Assembly: GCA_964016885.1 (NCBI GenBank)
Contig: OZ024743.1
Coordinates: 219,790,001 to 219,854,000, forward strand
Length of the DNA: 64,000 bases
Direction: 5' to 3'
From: Eledone cirrhosa
Lineage: Eukaryota
In this document: in pieces, positions 44,801-60,200 of the stretch
Position numbering within the stretch: position 1 is the stretch's first letter
Layout of the letters: each line of letters begins with the position of its first letter
Program-made: the position numbers and the translations under genes
Notes under the pieces: model-generated
Databases searched by the model: none
Seen by the model: only the letters and a program-made list of their open reading frames with translations
Told to the model about the DNA's origin: nothing

Positions 44801-47800
44801 CAGATAGAATATTGTATGAACGCCAGATAGAACGTTGTATGAACGCCAGATAGAATATTGTATGAACGCCAGATAGAACGCTGTTAGAACGCCAGATAGA
44901 ATGTTGTTAGAACGCCGAATAGAATGTAGTGAGAACGACAGATAGAATATTGTACGAACGCCGGATAGAATGTTGTTAGAACGCCGAATAGAATGTTGTT
45001 AGAACGCCAGATAGAATGTTGTATGAACGCCAGTTAGAATGTTGTTAGAACGCCAGATAGAATGTTGTTAGAACGCCAGATAGAATGTTGTTAGAACGCC
45101 AGATAGAATGTTGTTAGAACGCCAGATAGAATGTTGTATGAACACCGGACATAATGTTGTTAGAACGCCGAATAGAATGTTGTGAGAACGACAGATAGAA
45201 TATTGTACGAACGCCGGATAGAATGTTGTTAGAACGCCGAATAGAATGTTGTTAGAACGCCAGATAGAATGTTGTATGAACGCCAGATAGAATGTTGTTA
45301 GAACGCCAGAGAGAATGCTGTTAGAATGCCAGATAGAATGCTCTTAGAACGCCAGATAAAATGTTGTATGAACGCCAGATAGAATGTTGTTAGAACGCCA
45401 CATAGAATGTTGTTAGAACGCCTGATAGAATGTTGTATGAACGCCAGATAGAATGTTGTTAGAACGCCAGATAGAATGTTGTATGAACACCGGATAGAAT
45501 GTTGTTAGAACGCCGAATAGAATGTTGTTAGAACGAGAGATAGAATGTTGTATGTACGCCGGATAGAATGTTGTTAGAACGCCGAATAGAATGTTGTTAG
45601 AACGCCAGATAGAATGTTGTATGAACGCCAGATAGAATGTTGTTAGAACGCCAGATAGAATGTTGTTAGAACGCCAGATAGAATGTTGTATGTACGCCAG
45701 ATAGAATGTTGTATGAACGCCAGATAGAATTTTGTATGAACGCCAGATAGAATGTTGTATGAACGCCAGATAGAATGTTGTTAGAACGCCAGATAGAATG
45801 TTGTTAGAACGCCAGATAGAATTTTGTATGAACGCCAGATAGAATTTTGTATGAACGCCAGATAGAATGTTGTATGAACGCCAGATAGAATGTTGTTAGA
45901 ACGCCAGATAGAATGTTGTATGAACGCCAGATAGAATGTTGTTAGAACACCAGATAGAATGTTGTATGAACGCCAGATAGAATGTTGTTCGAACGCCAGA
46001 TAGAATGTTGTATGTACACCAGATAGAATGTTGTATGAACGCCAGATAGAATTTTGTATGAACGCCAGATAGAATGTTGTATGAACACCGGATAGAATGA
46101 TGTATGAATGCCAGATAGAATGTTGTATGAATGCCAGATAGAATTTTGTTAGAACGCCAGATAGAATGTTGTATGAACGCCAGATAGAACGTTGTTAGCA
46201 CGCCAGATAGAATGTTGTATGAACACCGGATAGAATGTTGTATGTACGCCGAATAGAATGTTGTTAGAACGAGAGATAGAATGTTGTATGTACGCCGGAT
46301 AGAATGTTGTTAGAACGCCGAATAGAATGTTGTTAGAACGCCAGATAGAATGTTGTATGAACGCCAGATAGAATGTTGTATGAACGCCAGATAGAATGTT
46401 GTATGAACGCCAGATAGAATGTTGTATGAACGCCAGATAGAATGTTGTATGAACGCCAGATAGAAGTTTGTATGAACGCCAGATAGAATGTTGTATGAAC
46501 GCCAGATAGAATGTTGTATGAACAAAGGACATAATGTTGTTAGAACGCCGAATAGAATTTTGTTAGAACGCCAGATAGAATGTTGTATGAACGCCAGATA
46601 GAATGTTGTATGAACGCCAGATAGAATGTTGTATGAACGTCATATAGAAATTCGTATGAACGCCAGATAGAATGTTGTTACAACGCCAGATAGAATGTTG
46701 TTAGAACGCCAGATAGAATGTTGTATGAATGCCAGATAGAATGTCGTTAGAACACCAGATAGAATGTTGTTAGAACGCCAGATAGAATGTTGTATGAACG
46801 CCAGTCAGAATGTTGTTACAACACCAGATAGAATGTTGTTAGAACCCCAGATAGAATGTTGTTAGAACGCCAGATAGAATTTTGTATGAACACCGGATAG
46901 AATGTTGTTAGAACGCCGAATAGAATGTTGTGAGAACGACAGATAGAATATTGTACGAACGCCAGATAGAATTTTGTATGAACACCAGATAGAATGTTGT
47001 TAGAACGCCGAATAGAATGTTGTTAGAACGCCAGATAGAATGTTGTATGAACGCCAGATAGAATGCTGTTAGAATGCCAGATAGAATGCTGTTAGAACGC
47101 CAGATAAAATGTTGTATGAACGCCTGATAGAATGTTGTATGAACGCCAGATAGAATGTTGTTAGAACGCCAGATAGAATTTTGTTAGAACACCGGATAGA
47201 ATGTTGTTAGAACGCCGAATAGAATGTTGTTAGAACGAGAGATAGAATGTTGTATGTACGCCGGATAGAATGTTGTTAGAACGCCGAATAGCATGTTGTT
47301 AGAACGCCAGATAGAATGTTGTATGAACGCCAGATAGAATGTTGTTAGAACGCCAGATAGAATGTTGTTAGAACGCCAGATAGAATGTTGTATGTACGCC
47401 AGATAGAATGTTGTATGAACACCGGATATAATGTTGTTAGAACGCCGAATAGAATTTTGTTAGAACGCCGGATAGAATGTTGTATGAACGCCAGATAGAA
47501 TGTTGTTAGAACGCCAGATAGAATGTTGTTAGAACGCCAGATGGAATGTTGTATGAACGCCAGATAGAATGTTGTATGAACGCCAGATAGAATTTTGTAT
47601 GAACGCCAGATAGAATGTTGTATGAACGCCAGATAGAATTTTGTTAGAACGCCAAATAGTATGTTGTATGAACGGCAGATAGAATGTTGTATGAACACCG
47701 GATATAATGTTGTTAGAACGCCGAATAGAATTTTGTTAGAACGCCAGATAGAATGTTGTATGAACGCCAGATAGAATGTTGTTAAAACGCCAGATAGAAT

Positions 47801-50800
47801 GTTGTTATAACGCCAGATAGAATGTTGTTAGAACGCCACATAGAATGTTGTTAAAACGCTAGATAGAATGTTGTATGAACACCGGATAGAATGATGTATG
47901 AACGCCAGATAGAATGTTGTATGAACGCGAGATAGAACGTTGTTAGAACGCCAGATAGAACGTTGTTAGAACGCCGAATAGAATGTTGTCAGAACGCCAG
48001 TTAGAATGTTCGTAGAACGCCAGACAGAATGTTGTATGAACGCTAGATAGAATGTTGTATGAACACCAGATAGAATGTTGTATGAACGCCTAGAACGCCA
48101 CATAGAATGTTGTTAGAACGCCAGATAGAATGTTATTAGTACGCCAGATAGAATGTTGTATGAACGCCAGATAGAATCTAGTTAGAACGCCAGATAGAAT
48201 GTTGTATGAAAACCAGATAGAATGTTGTTAGAACGCCGAATAGAATGTTGTTAGAACGACAGATAGAATGTTGTATGAACGCCAGATAGAATGATGTTAG
48301 AACGCCGAATAGAATATTGTTAGCACGCCAGATAGAATGTTGTATGAACGCCAGATAGAATGATGTTAAAACGCTAGATAGAATGTTGTCAGAACACCAG
48401 ATAGAATGTTGTATGAACGCCGGATAGAATGTTGTATGAACGCCAGATAAAATGTTGTTAGAACGCCAGATAGAATGTTGTATGAACGCCAGATAGAATG
48501 TTGTTAGAACGCCAAATATAATTTTGTTAGGACGCCAGATAGAATGTTATTAGTACGCCAGATAGAACGTTGTATGAATGCCAGATAGAATGTTGTTAGA
48601 ACACCAGATAGAATGTTGTTAGAACGCCAGATAGAATGTTGTATGAACGCCAGACAGAATGATGTTACAACACCAGATAGAATGTTGTTAGAACCCCAGA
48701 TAGAATGTTGTTAGAACGCTAGATAGAATGTTGTATGAACGCCAGATAGAATATTGTATGAACGCCAAATAGAACGTTGTATGAACGCCAGATAGAATAT
48801 TGTATGAACGCCAGATAGAACGTTGTTAGAACGCCAGATAGAATGTTGTTAGAACGCCGAATAGAATGTTGTGAGAACGACAGATAGAATACTGTACGAA
48901 CGCCGGATAGAATGTTGTTAGAACGCCGAATAGAATGTTGTTAGAACGCCAGATAGAATGTTGTATGAACGCCAGATAGAATGTTGTTAGAACGCCAGAT
49001 AGAATGCTGTTAGAACGCCAGATAGAATGCTGTTAGAACGCCAGATAAAATGTTGTATGAACGCCACATAAAATGTTGTATGAACGCCAGATAGAATGTT
49101 GTTAGAACGCCAGATAGAATATTGTATGAACACCGGATAGAATGTTGTTAGAACGCCGAATAGAATGTTGTTAGAACGCCAGATAGAATGCTGTTATAAC
49201 GCCAGATAAAATGCTGTGTGAACGCCAGATAGAATGTTGTATGAACGCCAGATAGAATGTTGTTAGAACGCCACATAGAATGTTGTATGAACGCCAGATA
49301 GAATGTTGTATGAACGCCAGATAGAATGTTCTTAGAACGCCAAATAGAATGTTCTTAGAACGCCAGATAGAATGTTGTTAGAACGCCAGATAGAATGCTG
49401 TTATAACGCCAGATAAAATTTTGTGTGAACGCCAGATAGAATGTTGTATGAACGCCAGATAGAATGTTGTTAGAACGCCACATAGAATGTTGTTTGTTAG
49501 AACGCCAGATAGAATCTTGTATGAACGCCAGATAGAATGTTGTATGAACGCCAGATAGAATGTTGTCTGAACGCCAAATAGAATGTTGTTAAAACGTCAG
49601 ATAGAATGTTGTTAGAACGCCAGATAGAATATTGTCTGAACGCCAGCTAGAATGTTGTTAGAACGCCAGATAGAATTTTGTATGAACGCCAGATAGAACG
49701 TTGTTAGAACGCCACATAGAATGTTGTATGAACGCCAGATAGAATGTTGTATGAACGCCAGATAGAATGTTGTATGAACGCCAGATAGAATGTTGTATGA
49801 ACGCCAGATAGAATGTTGTTAGAACGCCGAATAGAATGTTGTTAGAACGCCAGATAGAATGTTGTATGAACGCCAGATAGAATGTTGTATGAACGTCATA
49901 TAGAATGTTGCATGAACGCCGGATAGAATGTTGTATGAATGCCAGATAGAATGTTGCATGAACGCCAGATAGAATATTGTATGAACGCCAGATAGAACGT
50001 TGTATGAACGCCAGATAGAATATTGTATGAACGCCAGATAGAACGTTGTTAGAACGCCAGATAGAATGTTGTTAGAACGCCGAATAGAATGTAGTGAGAA
50101 CGACAGATAGAATGATGTACGAACGCCGGATAGAATGTTGTTAGAACGCCGAATAGAATGTTGTTAGAACGCCAGATAGAATGCTGTTATAACGCCAGAT
50201 AAAATGCTGTGTGAACGCCAGATAGAATGTTGTATGAACGCCAGATAGAATGTTGTTAGAACGCCACATAGAATGTTGTATGAACGCCAGATAGAATGTT
50301 GTATGAACGCCAGATAGAATGTTCTTAGAACGCCAAATAGAATGTTCTTAGAACGCCAGATAGAATGTTGTTAGAACGCCACATAGAATGTTGTTAGAAC
50401 GCCAGATAGAATGCTGTTAGAACGCCAGATAAAATGTTGTATGAACGCCAGATAGAATGTTGTTAGAACGCCACATAGAATGTTGTTAGAACGCCTGATA
50501 GAATGTTGTATGAACGCCAGATAGAATGCTGTTAGAACGCCAGATAAAATGTTGTATGAACGCCTGATAGAATGTTGTATGAACGCCAGATAGAATGTTG
50601 TTAGAACGCCAGATAGAATTTTGTTAGAACACCGGATAGAATGTTGTTAGAACGCCGAATAGAATGTTGTTAGAACGAGAGATAGAATGTTGTATGTACG
50701 CCGGATAGAATGTTGTTAGAACGCCGAATAGCATGTTGTTAGAACGCCAGATAGAATGTTGTATGAACGCCAGATAGAATGTTGTTAGAACGCCAGATAG

Positions 50801-53800
50801 AATGTTGTTAGAACGCCAGATAGAATGTTGTATGTACGCCAGATAGAATGTTGTATGAACACCGGATATAATGTTGTTAGAACGCCGAATAGAATTTTGT
50901 TAGAACGCCGGATAGAATGTTGTATGAACGCCAGATAGAATGTTGTTAGAACGCCAGATAGAATGTTGTTAGAACGCCAGATAGAATGTTGTATGAACGC
51001 CAGATAGAATTTTGTATGAACGCCAGATAGAATGTTGTATGAACGCCAGATAGAATTTTGTTAGAACGCCAAATAGTATGTTGTATGAACGGCAGATAGA
51101 ATGTTGTATGAACACCGGATATAATGTTGTTAGAACGCCGAATAGAATTTTGTTAGAACGCCAGATAGAATGTTGTATGAACGCCAGATAGAATGTTGTT
51201 AAAACGCCAGATAGAATGTTGTTATAACGCCAGATAGAATGTTGTTAGAACGCCACATAGAATGTTGTTAAAACGCCAGATAGAATGTTGTATGAACACC
51301 GGATAGAATGATGTATGAACGCCAGATAGAATGTTGTATGAACGCGAGATAGAACGTTGTTAGAACGCCAGATAGAACGTTGTTAGAACGCCGAATAGAA
51401 TGTTGTCAGAACGCCAGTTAGAATGTTCGTAGAACGCCAGACAGAATGTTGTATGAACGCTAGATAGAATGTTGTATGAACACCAGATAGAATGTTGTAT
51501 GAACGCCTAGAACGCCACATAGAATGTTGTTAGAACGCCAGATAGAATGTTATTAGTACGCCAGATAGAATGTTGTATGAACGCCAGATAGAATCTAGTT
51601 AGAACGCCAGATAGAATGTTGTATGAAAACCAGATAGAATGTTGTTAGAACGCCGAATAGAATGTTGTTAGAACGACAGATAGAATGTTGTATGAACGCC
51701 AGATAGAATGATGTTAGAACGCCGAATAGAATATTGTTAGCACGCCAGATAGAATGTTGTATGAACGCCAGATAGAATGATGTTAAAACGCTAGATAGAA
51801 AGTTGTTAGAACACCAGATAGAATGTTGTATGAACGCCGGATAGAATGTTGTATGAACGCCAGATAAAATGTTGTTAGAACGCCAGATAGAATGTTGTAT
51901 GAACGCCAGATAGAATGTTGTATGAACGCCGGATAGAATGTTGTATGAACGCCAGATAAAATGTTGTTAGAACGCCAGATAGAATGTTGTATGAACGCCA
52001 GATAGAATGTTGTTAGAACGCCAAATAGAATTTTGTTAGGACGCCAGATAGAATGTTATTAGTACGCCAGATAGAACGTTGTATGAATGCCAGATAGAAT
52101 GTTGTTAGAACACCAGATAGAATGTTGTTAGAACGCCAGATAGAATGTTGTATGAACGCCAGACAGAATGATGTTACAACACCAGATAGAATGTTGTTAG
52201 AACCCCAGATAGAATGTTGTTAGAACGCCAGATAGAATGTTGTATTAACGCCAGATAGAATATTGTATGAACGCCAAATAGAACGTTGTATGAACGCCAG
52301 ATAGAATATTGTATGAACGCCAGATAGAACGTTGTTAGAACGCCAGATAGAATGTTGTTAGAACGCCGAATAGAATGTTCTGAGAACGACAGATAGAATA
52401 CTGTACGAACGCCGGATAGAATGTTGTTAGAACGCCGAATAGAATGTTGTTAGAACGCCACATAGAATGTTGTATGAACGCCAGATAGAATGTTGTTAGA
52501 ACGCCAGATAGAATGCTGTTAGAACGCCAGATAGAATGCTGTTAGAACGCCAGATAAAATGTTGTATGAACGCCACATAAAATGTTGTATGAACGCCAGA
52601 TAGAATGTTGTTAGAACGCCAGATAGAATATTGTATGAACACCGGATAGAATGTTGTTAGAACGCCGAATAGAATGTTGTTAGAACGCCAGATAGAATGC
52701 TGTTATAACGCCAGATAAAATGCTGTGTGAACGCCAGATAGAATGTTGTATGAACGCCAGATAGAATGTTGTTAGAACGCCACATAGAATGTTGTATGAA
52801 CGCCAGATAGAATGTTGTATGAACGCCAGATAGAATGTTCTTAGAACGCCAAATAGAATGTTCTTAGAACGCCAGATAGAATGTTGTTAGAACGCCAGAT
52901 AGAATGCTGTTATAACGCCAGATAAAATTTTGTGTGAACGCCAGATAGAATGTTGTATGAACGCCAGATAGAATGTTGTTAGAACGCCACATAGAATGTT
53001 GTTTGTTAGAACGCCAGATAGAATCTTGTATGAACGCCAGATAGAATGTTGTATGAACGCCAGATAGAATGTTGTCTGAACGCCAAATAGAATGTTGTTA
53101 AAACGTCAGATAGAATGTTGTTAGAACGCCAGATAGAATATTGTCTGAACGCCAGCTAGAATGTTGTTAGAACGCCAGATAGAATTTTGTATGAACGCCA
53201 GATAGAACGTTGTTAGAACGCCAGATAGAATGTTGTATGAACGCCAGATAGAATGTTGTATGAACGCCAGATAGAATGTTGTATGAACGCCAGATAGAAT
53301 GTTGTATGAACGCCAGATAGAATGTTGTTAGAACGCCGAATAGAATGTTGTTAGAACGCCAGATAGAATGTTGTATGAACGCCAGATAGAATGTTGTATG
53401 AACGTCATATAGAATGTTGCATGAACGCCGGATAGAATATTGTATGAATGCCAGATAGAATGTTGCATGAACGCCAGATAGAATATTGTATGAACGCCTG
53501 ATAGAACGTTGTATGAACGCCAGATAGAATATTGTATGAACGCCAGATAGAACGTTGTTAGAACGCCAGATAGAATGTTGTTAGAACGCCGAATAGAATG
53601 TAGTGAGAACGACAGATAGAATATTGTACGAACGCCGGATAGAATGTTGTTAGAACGCCGAATAGAATGTTGTTAGAACGCCAGATAGAATGTTGTATGA
53701 ACGCCAGTTAGAATGTTGTTAGAACGCCAGATAGAATGCTGTTAGAACGCCAGATAAAATGTTGTATGAACGCCAGATAGAATGTTGTTAGAACGCCACA

Positions 53801-56800
53801 TAGAATGTTGTTAGAACGCCTGATAGAATGTTGTATGAACGCCAGATAGAATGCTGTTAGAACGCCAGATAAAATGTTGTATGAACGCCTGATAGAATGT
53901 TGTATGAACGCCAGATAGAATGTTGTTAGAACGCCAGATAGAATTTTGTTAGAACACCGGATAGAATGTTGTTAGAACGCCGAATAGAATGTTGTTAGAA
54001 CGAGAGATAGAATGTTGTATGTACGCCGGATAGAATGTTGTTAGAACGCCGAATAGCATGTTGTTAGAACGCCAGATAGAATGTTGTATGAACGCCAGAT
54101 AGAATGTTGTTAGAACGCCAGATAGAATGTTGTTAGAACGCCAGATAGAATGTTGTATGTACGCCAGATAGAATGTTGTATGAACACCGGATATAATGTT
54201 GTTAGAACGCCGAATAGAATTTTGTTAGAACGCCGGATAGAATGTTGTATGAACGCCAGATAGAATGTTGTTAGAACGCCAGATAGAATGTTGTTAGAAC
54301 GCCAGATAGAATGTTGTATGAACGCCAGATAGAATGTTGTATGAACGCCAGATAGAATTTTGTATGAACGCCAGATAGAATGTTGTATGAACGCCAGATA
54401 GAATTTTGTTAGAACGCCAAATAGTATGTTGTATGAACGGCAGATAGAATGTTGTATGAACACCGGATATAATGTTGTTAGAACGCCGAATAGAATTTTG
54501 TTAGAACGCCAGATAGAATGTTGTATGAACGCCAGATAGAATGTTGTTAAAACGCCAGATAGAATGTTGTTATAACGCCAGATAGAATGTTGTTAGAACG
54601 CCACATAGAATGTTGTTAAAACGCCAGATAGAATGTTGTATGAACACCGGATAGAATGATGTATGAACGCCAGATAGAATGTTGTATGAACGCGAGATAG
54701 AACGTTGTTAGAACGCCAGATAGAACGTTGTTAGAACGCCGAATAGAATGTTGTCAGAACGCCAGTTAGAATGTTCGTAGAACGCCAGACAGAATGTTGT
54801 ATGAACGGTAGATAGAATGTTGTATGAACACCAGATAGAATGTTGTATGAACGCCTAGAACGCCACATAGAATGTTGTTAGAACGCCAGATAGAATGTTA
54901 TTAGTACGCCAGATAGAATGTTGTATGAACGCCAGATAGAATCTAGTTAGAACGCCAGATAGAATGTTGTATGAAAACCAGATAGAATGTTGTTAGAACG
55001 CCGAATAGAATGTTGTTAGAACGACAGATAGAATGTTGTATGAACGCCAGATAGAATGATGTTAGAACGCCGAATAGAATATTGTTAGCACGCCAGATAG
55101 AATGTTGTATGAACGCCAGATAGAATGATGTTAAAACGCTAGATAGAAAGTTGTTAGAACACCAGATAGAATGTTGTATGAACGCCGGATAGAATGTTGT
55201 ATGAACGCCAGATAAAATGTTGTTAGAACGCCAGATAGAATGTTGTATGAACGCCAGATAGAATGTTGTATGAACGCCGGATAGAATGTTGTATGAACGC
55301 CAGATAAAATGTTGTTAGAACGCCAGATAGAATGTTGTATGAACGCCAGATAGAATGTTGTTAGAACGCCAAATAGAATTTTGTTAGGACGCCAGATAGA
55401 ATGTTATTAGTACGCCAGATAGAACGTTGTATGAATGCCAGATAGAATGTTGTTAGAACACCAGATAGAATGTTGTTAGAACGCCAGATAGAATGTTGTA
55501 TGAACGCCAGACAGAATGATGTTACAACACCAGATAGAATGTTGTTAGAACCCCAGATAGAATGTTGTTAGAACGCCAGATAGAATGTTGTATGAACGCC
55601 AGATAGAATATTGTATGAACGCCAAATAGAACGTTGTATGAACGCCAGATAGAATATTGTATGAACGCCAGATAGAACGTTGTTAGAACGCCAGATAGAA
55701 TGTTGTTAGAACGCCGAATAGAATGTTGTGAGAACGACAGATAGAATACTGTACGAACGCCGGATAGAATGTTGTTAGAACGCCGAATAGAATGTTGTTA
55801 GAACGCCAGATAGAATGTTGTATGAACGCCAGATAGAATGTTGTTAGAACGCCAGATAGAATGCTGTTAGAACGCCAGATAGAATGCTGTTAGAACGCCA
55901 GATAAAATGTTGTATGAACGCCACATAAAATGTTGTATGAACGCCAGATAGAATGTTGTTAGAACGCCAGATAGAATATTGTATGAACACCGGATAGAAT
56001 GTTGTTAGAACGCCGAATAGAATGTTGTTAGAACGCCAGATAGAATGCTGTTATAACGCCAGATAAAATGCTGTGTGAACGCCAGATAGAATGTTGTATG
56101 AACGCCAGATAGAATGTTGTTAGAACGCCACATAGAATGTTGTATGAACGCCAGATAGAATGTTGTATGAACGCCAGATAGAATGTTCTTAGAACGCCAA
56201 ATAGAATGTTCTTAGAACGCCAGATAGAATGTTGTTAGAACGCCAGATAGAATGCTGTTATAACGCCAGATAAAATTTTGTGTGAACGCCAGATAGAATG
56301 TTGTATGAACGCTAGATAGAATGTTGTTAGAACGCCACATAGAATGTTGTTTGTTAGAACGCCAGATAGAATCTTGTATAAACGCCAGATAGAATGTTGT
56401 ATGAACGCCAGATAGAATGTTGTCTGAACGCCAAATAGAATGTTGTTAAAACGTCAGATAGAATGTTGTTAGAACGCCAGATAGAATATTGTCTGAACGC
56501 CAGCTAGAATGTTGTTAGAACGCCAGATAGAATTTTGTATGAACGCCAGATAGAACGTTGTTAGAACGCCAGATAGAATGTTGTATGAACGCCAGATAGA
56601 ATGTTGTATGAACGCCAGATAGAATGTTGTATGAACGCCAGATAGAATGTTGTATGAACGCCAGATAGAATGTTGTTAGAACGCCGAATAGAATGTTGTT
56701 AGAACGCCAGATAGAATGTTGTATGAACGCCAGATAGAATGTTGTATGAACGTCATATAGAATGTTGCATGAACGCCGGATAGAATGTTGTATGAATGCC

Positions 56801-57200
56801 AGATAGAATGTTGCATGAACGCCAGATAGAATATTGTATGAACGCCAGATAGAACGTTGTATGAACGCCAGATAGAATATTGTATGAACGCCAGATAGAA
56901 CGTTGTTAGAACGACAGATAGAATGTTGTTAGAACGCCGAATAGAATGTAGTGAGAACGACAGATAGAATATTGTACGAACGCCGGATAGAATGTTGTTA
57001 GAACGCCGAATAGAATGTTGTTAGAACGCCAGATAGAATGTTGTATGAACGCCAGTTAGAATGTTGTTAGAACGCCAGATAGAATGCTGTTAGAACGCCA
57101 GATAAAATGTTGTATGAACGCCAGATAGAATGTTATTAGAACGCCACATAGAATGTTGTTAGAACGCCTGATAGAATGTTGTATGAACGCCAGATAGAAT
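38900..57200. repeat. Five-copy ~3.2-3.5-kb higher-order repeat, with one unit lengthened to ~5 kb
   Basis: The truncated 9-bp monomer GAACGCCTA occurs at 39893, 43057, 48084, 51501 and 54849. The 4-bp insertion GTTGTTTGTTAG occurs at 41071, 44235, 49492, 53001 and 56349. Offsets fit monomer arithmetic: 3164 = 138x23-10 and 3348 = 146x23-10. Confidence 0.93.
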
Positions 57201-60200
57201 GTTGTATGAACGCCAGATAGAATGTTTTATGAACGCCAGAGAGAATGTGGTATGAACGCCAGATAGAATGTTGTTAGAACACCAGATAGAATGTCGTTAG
57301 AACGCCAGATAGAACGTCGTTAGAACACCAGATAGAATGTTGTTAGAACGCCAGATAGAATGTTGTATGAACGCCAGATAGAATGTTGTATGAACGCCAG
57401 TTAGAATGTTGTTAGAACGCCAGATAGAATGTTGTATGAACACCGGATATAATGTTGTTAGAACGCCGAATAGAATGTTGTTAGAACGCCAGATAGAATG
57501 TTGTATGAACGCCAGATAGAATGTTGTTAAAACGCCAGATAGAATGTTGTTAAAACGCCAGATAGAATGTTGTTAGAACGCCACATAGAATGTTGTTAGA
57601 ACGCCAGATAGAATGATGTATGAACGCCAGATAGAATGTTGTATGAACACCAGATAGAACGTTGTTAGAACGCCGAATAGAATGTTGTCAGAACGCCAGA
57701 TAGAATGTTCTTAGAACGCCAGAGAGAATGTTGTATGAACACCAGATAGAATGTTGTATGAACGCCAGATTGAATGTTGTTAGAACGCCAGATAGAATTT
57801 TGTTAGAACGCCAGATAGAATGATGTATGAACGCCAGATAGAATGTTGTATGAACGCGAGATAGAACGTTGTTAGAACGCTAGATAGAATGTTGTATGAA
57901 CACGGGATAGAACGTTGTTAGAACGCCGAATAGAATGTTGTTAGAACGACAGATAGAATATTGTACGAACGCCGGATAGAATGTTGTTAGAACGCCGAAT
58001 AGAATGTTGTTAGAACGCCAGATAGAATATTGTATGAACGCCAGTTAGAATGTTGTTAGAACGCCAGATAGAATGCTGTTAGAACGCCAGATAGAATGCT
58101 GTTAGAACGCCAGATAAAATGTTGTATGAACGCCAGATAGAATGTTGTTACAACGCCAGATAGAATGTTGTTAGAACGCCAGATAGAACCTTGTTAGAAC
58201 GCCAGATAGAATGATGTATGAACGCCAGATAGAATGTTGTATGAACGCCAGATAGAATGATCTGAAAACGCTAGATAGAATGTTGTTAGAACACCAGATA
58301 GAATGTTGTGTGAACGCCAGATAGAATGTTGTATGAACGTCAGATAGAATATTCTTAGAACGCCAAATAGAATGTTCTTAGAACGCCAGATAGAATGTTG
58401 TATGAACGCCAGATAGAATGTTGTTAGAACGCCGAATAGAATGTTGTTATAACGCCAGATAGAATGTTGTATGAACGCCATATAGAATGTTGTATGAACG
58501 CCGGATGGAATGTTGTATGAACGCCAGATAGAATGTTGTTAGAACGCCAGATAGAATGTTGTATGAACGCCAGATAGAATGTTGTTAGAACGCCAGATAG
58601 AATTTTGTTAGGACGCCAGATAGAATGTTATTAGTACGCCAGATAGAATGTTGTATGAATGCCAGATAGAATGTTGTTAGAACACCAGATAGAATGTTGT
58701 TAGAACGCCAGATAGAATGTTGTATGAACGCCAGACAGAATGTTGTTACAACACCAGATAGAATGTTGTTAGAACCCCAGACAGAATGTTGTATGAACGC
58801 CAGATAGAATATTGTATGAACGCCAGATAGAACGTTGTATGAACGCCAGATAGAATATTGTATGAACGCCAGATAGAATGTTGTTAGAACGCCGAATAGA
58901 ATGTTGTTAGAACGCCAGATAGAATGTTGTATGAACGCCAGATAGAATGTTGTTAGAACGCCAGATAGAATGCTGTTAGAACGCCAGATAGAATGCTGTT
59001 AGAACGCCAGATAAAATGTTGTATGAACGCCAGATAAAATGTTGTATGAACGCCAGATAGAATGTTGTTAGAACGCCACATAGAATGTTGTTAGAACGCC
59101 TGATAGAATGTTGTTAGAACGCCGAATAGAAAGGTTGTTAGAACGCCACATAGAATGTTGTTAGAACGCCGGATAGAATGTTGTTAGAACGCCGAATAGA
59201 AAGGTTGTTAGAACGCCAGATAGAATGTTGTATGAACGCCAGATAGAATGTTGTATGAACGCCAGATAGAATGTTTTATGAACGCCAGATAGAATGTTGT
59301 TAGAACGCCAGATAGAATGTTGTATGAACGCCAGATAGAATGTTGTTAGAACACCAGATAGAATGTTGTTAGAACGCCAGATAGAACTTCGTTAGAACAC
59401 CAGATAGAATGTCGTTAGAACGCCAGATAGAATATCGTTAGAATGCCGGATAGAATGTTGTATGAACGCCAGATAAAATGTTGTTAGAACTCCGGATAGA
59501 ACGTTGTTAGAACGCCAGATAGAATGTTCTTAGAACGCCAGATAGAATGTTGTATGAACGCCAGATAGAATGTTGTTAGAACGCCAGATAGAATGTTGTA
59601 TGAACGCCAGATAGAATGTTGTTAGAACGCCAGATAGAATGCTGTTATAACGCCAGATAAAATGCTGTGCGAACGCCAGATAGAATGTTGTATGAACGCC
59701 AGATAGAATGTTGTTAGAACGCCACATAGAATGTTGTATGAACACCAGATAGAATGTTGTATGAACGCCAGAGAGAATGTTCTTAGAACGCCAAATAGAA
59801 TGTTCTTAGAACGCCAGATAGAATGTTGTATGAACGCCAGATAGAATGTTGTTAAAATGCCAGATAAAATGTTGTTATAACGCCAGATAAAATGTTGTGT
59901 GAACGCCAGATAGAATGTTGTATGAACGCCAGATAGAATGTTGTTAGAACGCCACATAGAATGTTGTTAGAACGCCAGATAGAACGTTGTTAGAACGCCA
60001 GATAGAATGTTGTATGAACACCGGATAAAATGTTGTTAGAACGCCGAATAGAATATTGTTAGAACGCCAGATAGAATGTTGTATGAACGCCAGATAGAAT
60101 GTTGTATGAACGCCAGATAGAATTTTGTTAGAACGCCAGATAGAATGTTGTTAGAACGCCAGATAGAATGTTGTATGAACGCCAGATAGAATGTTGTATG

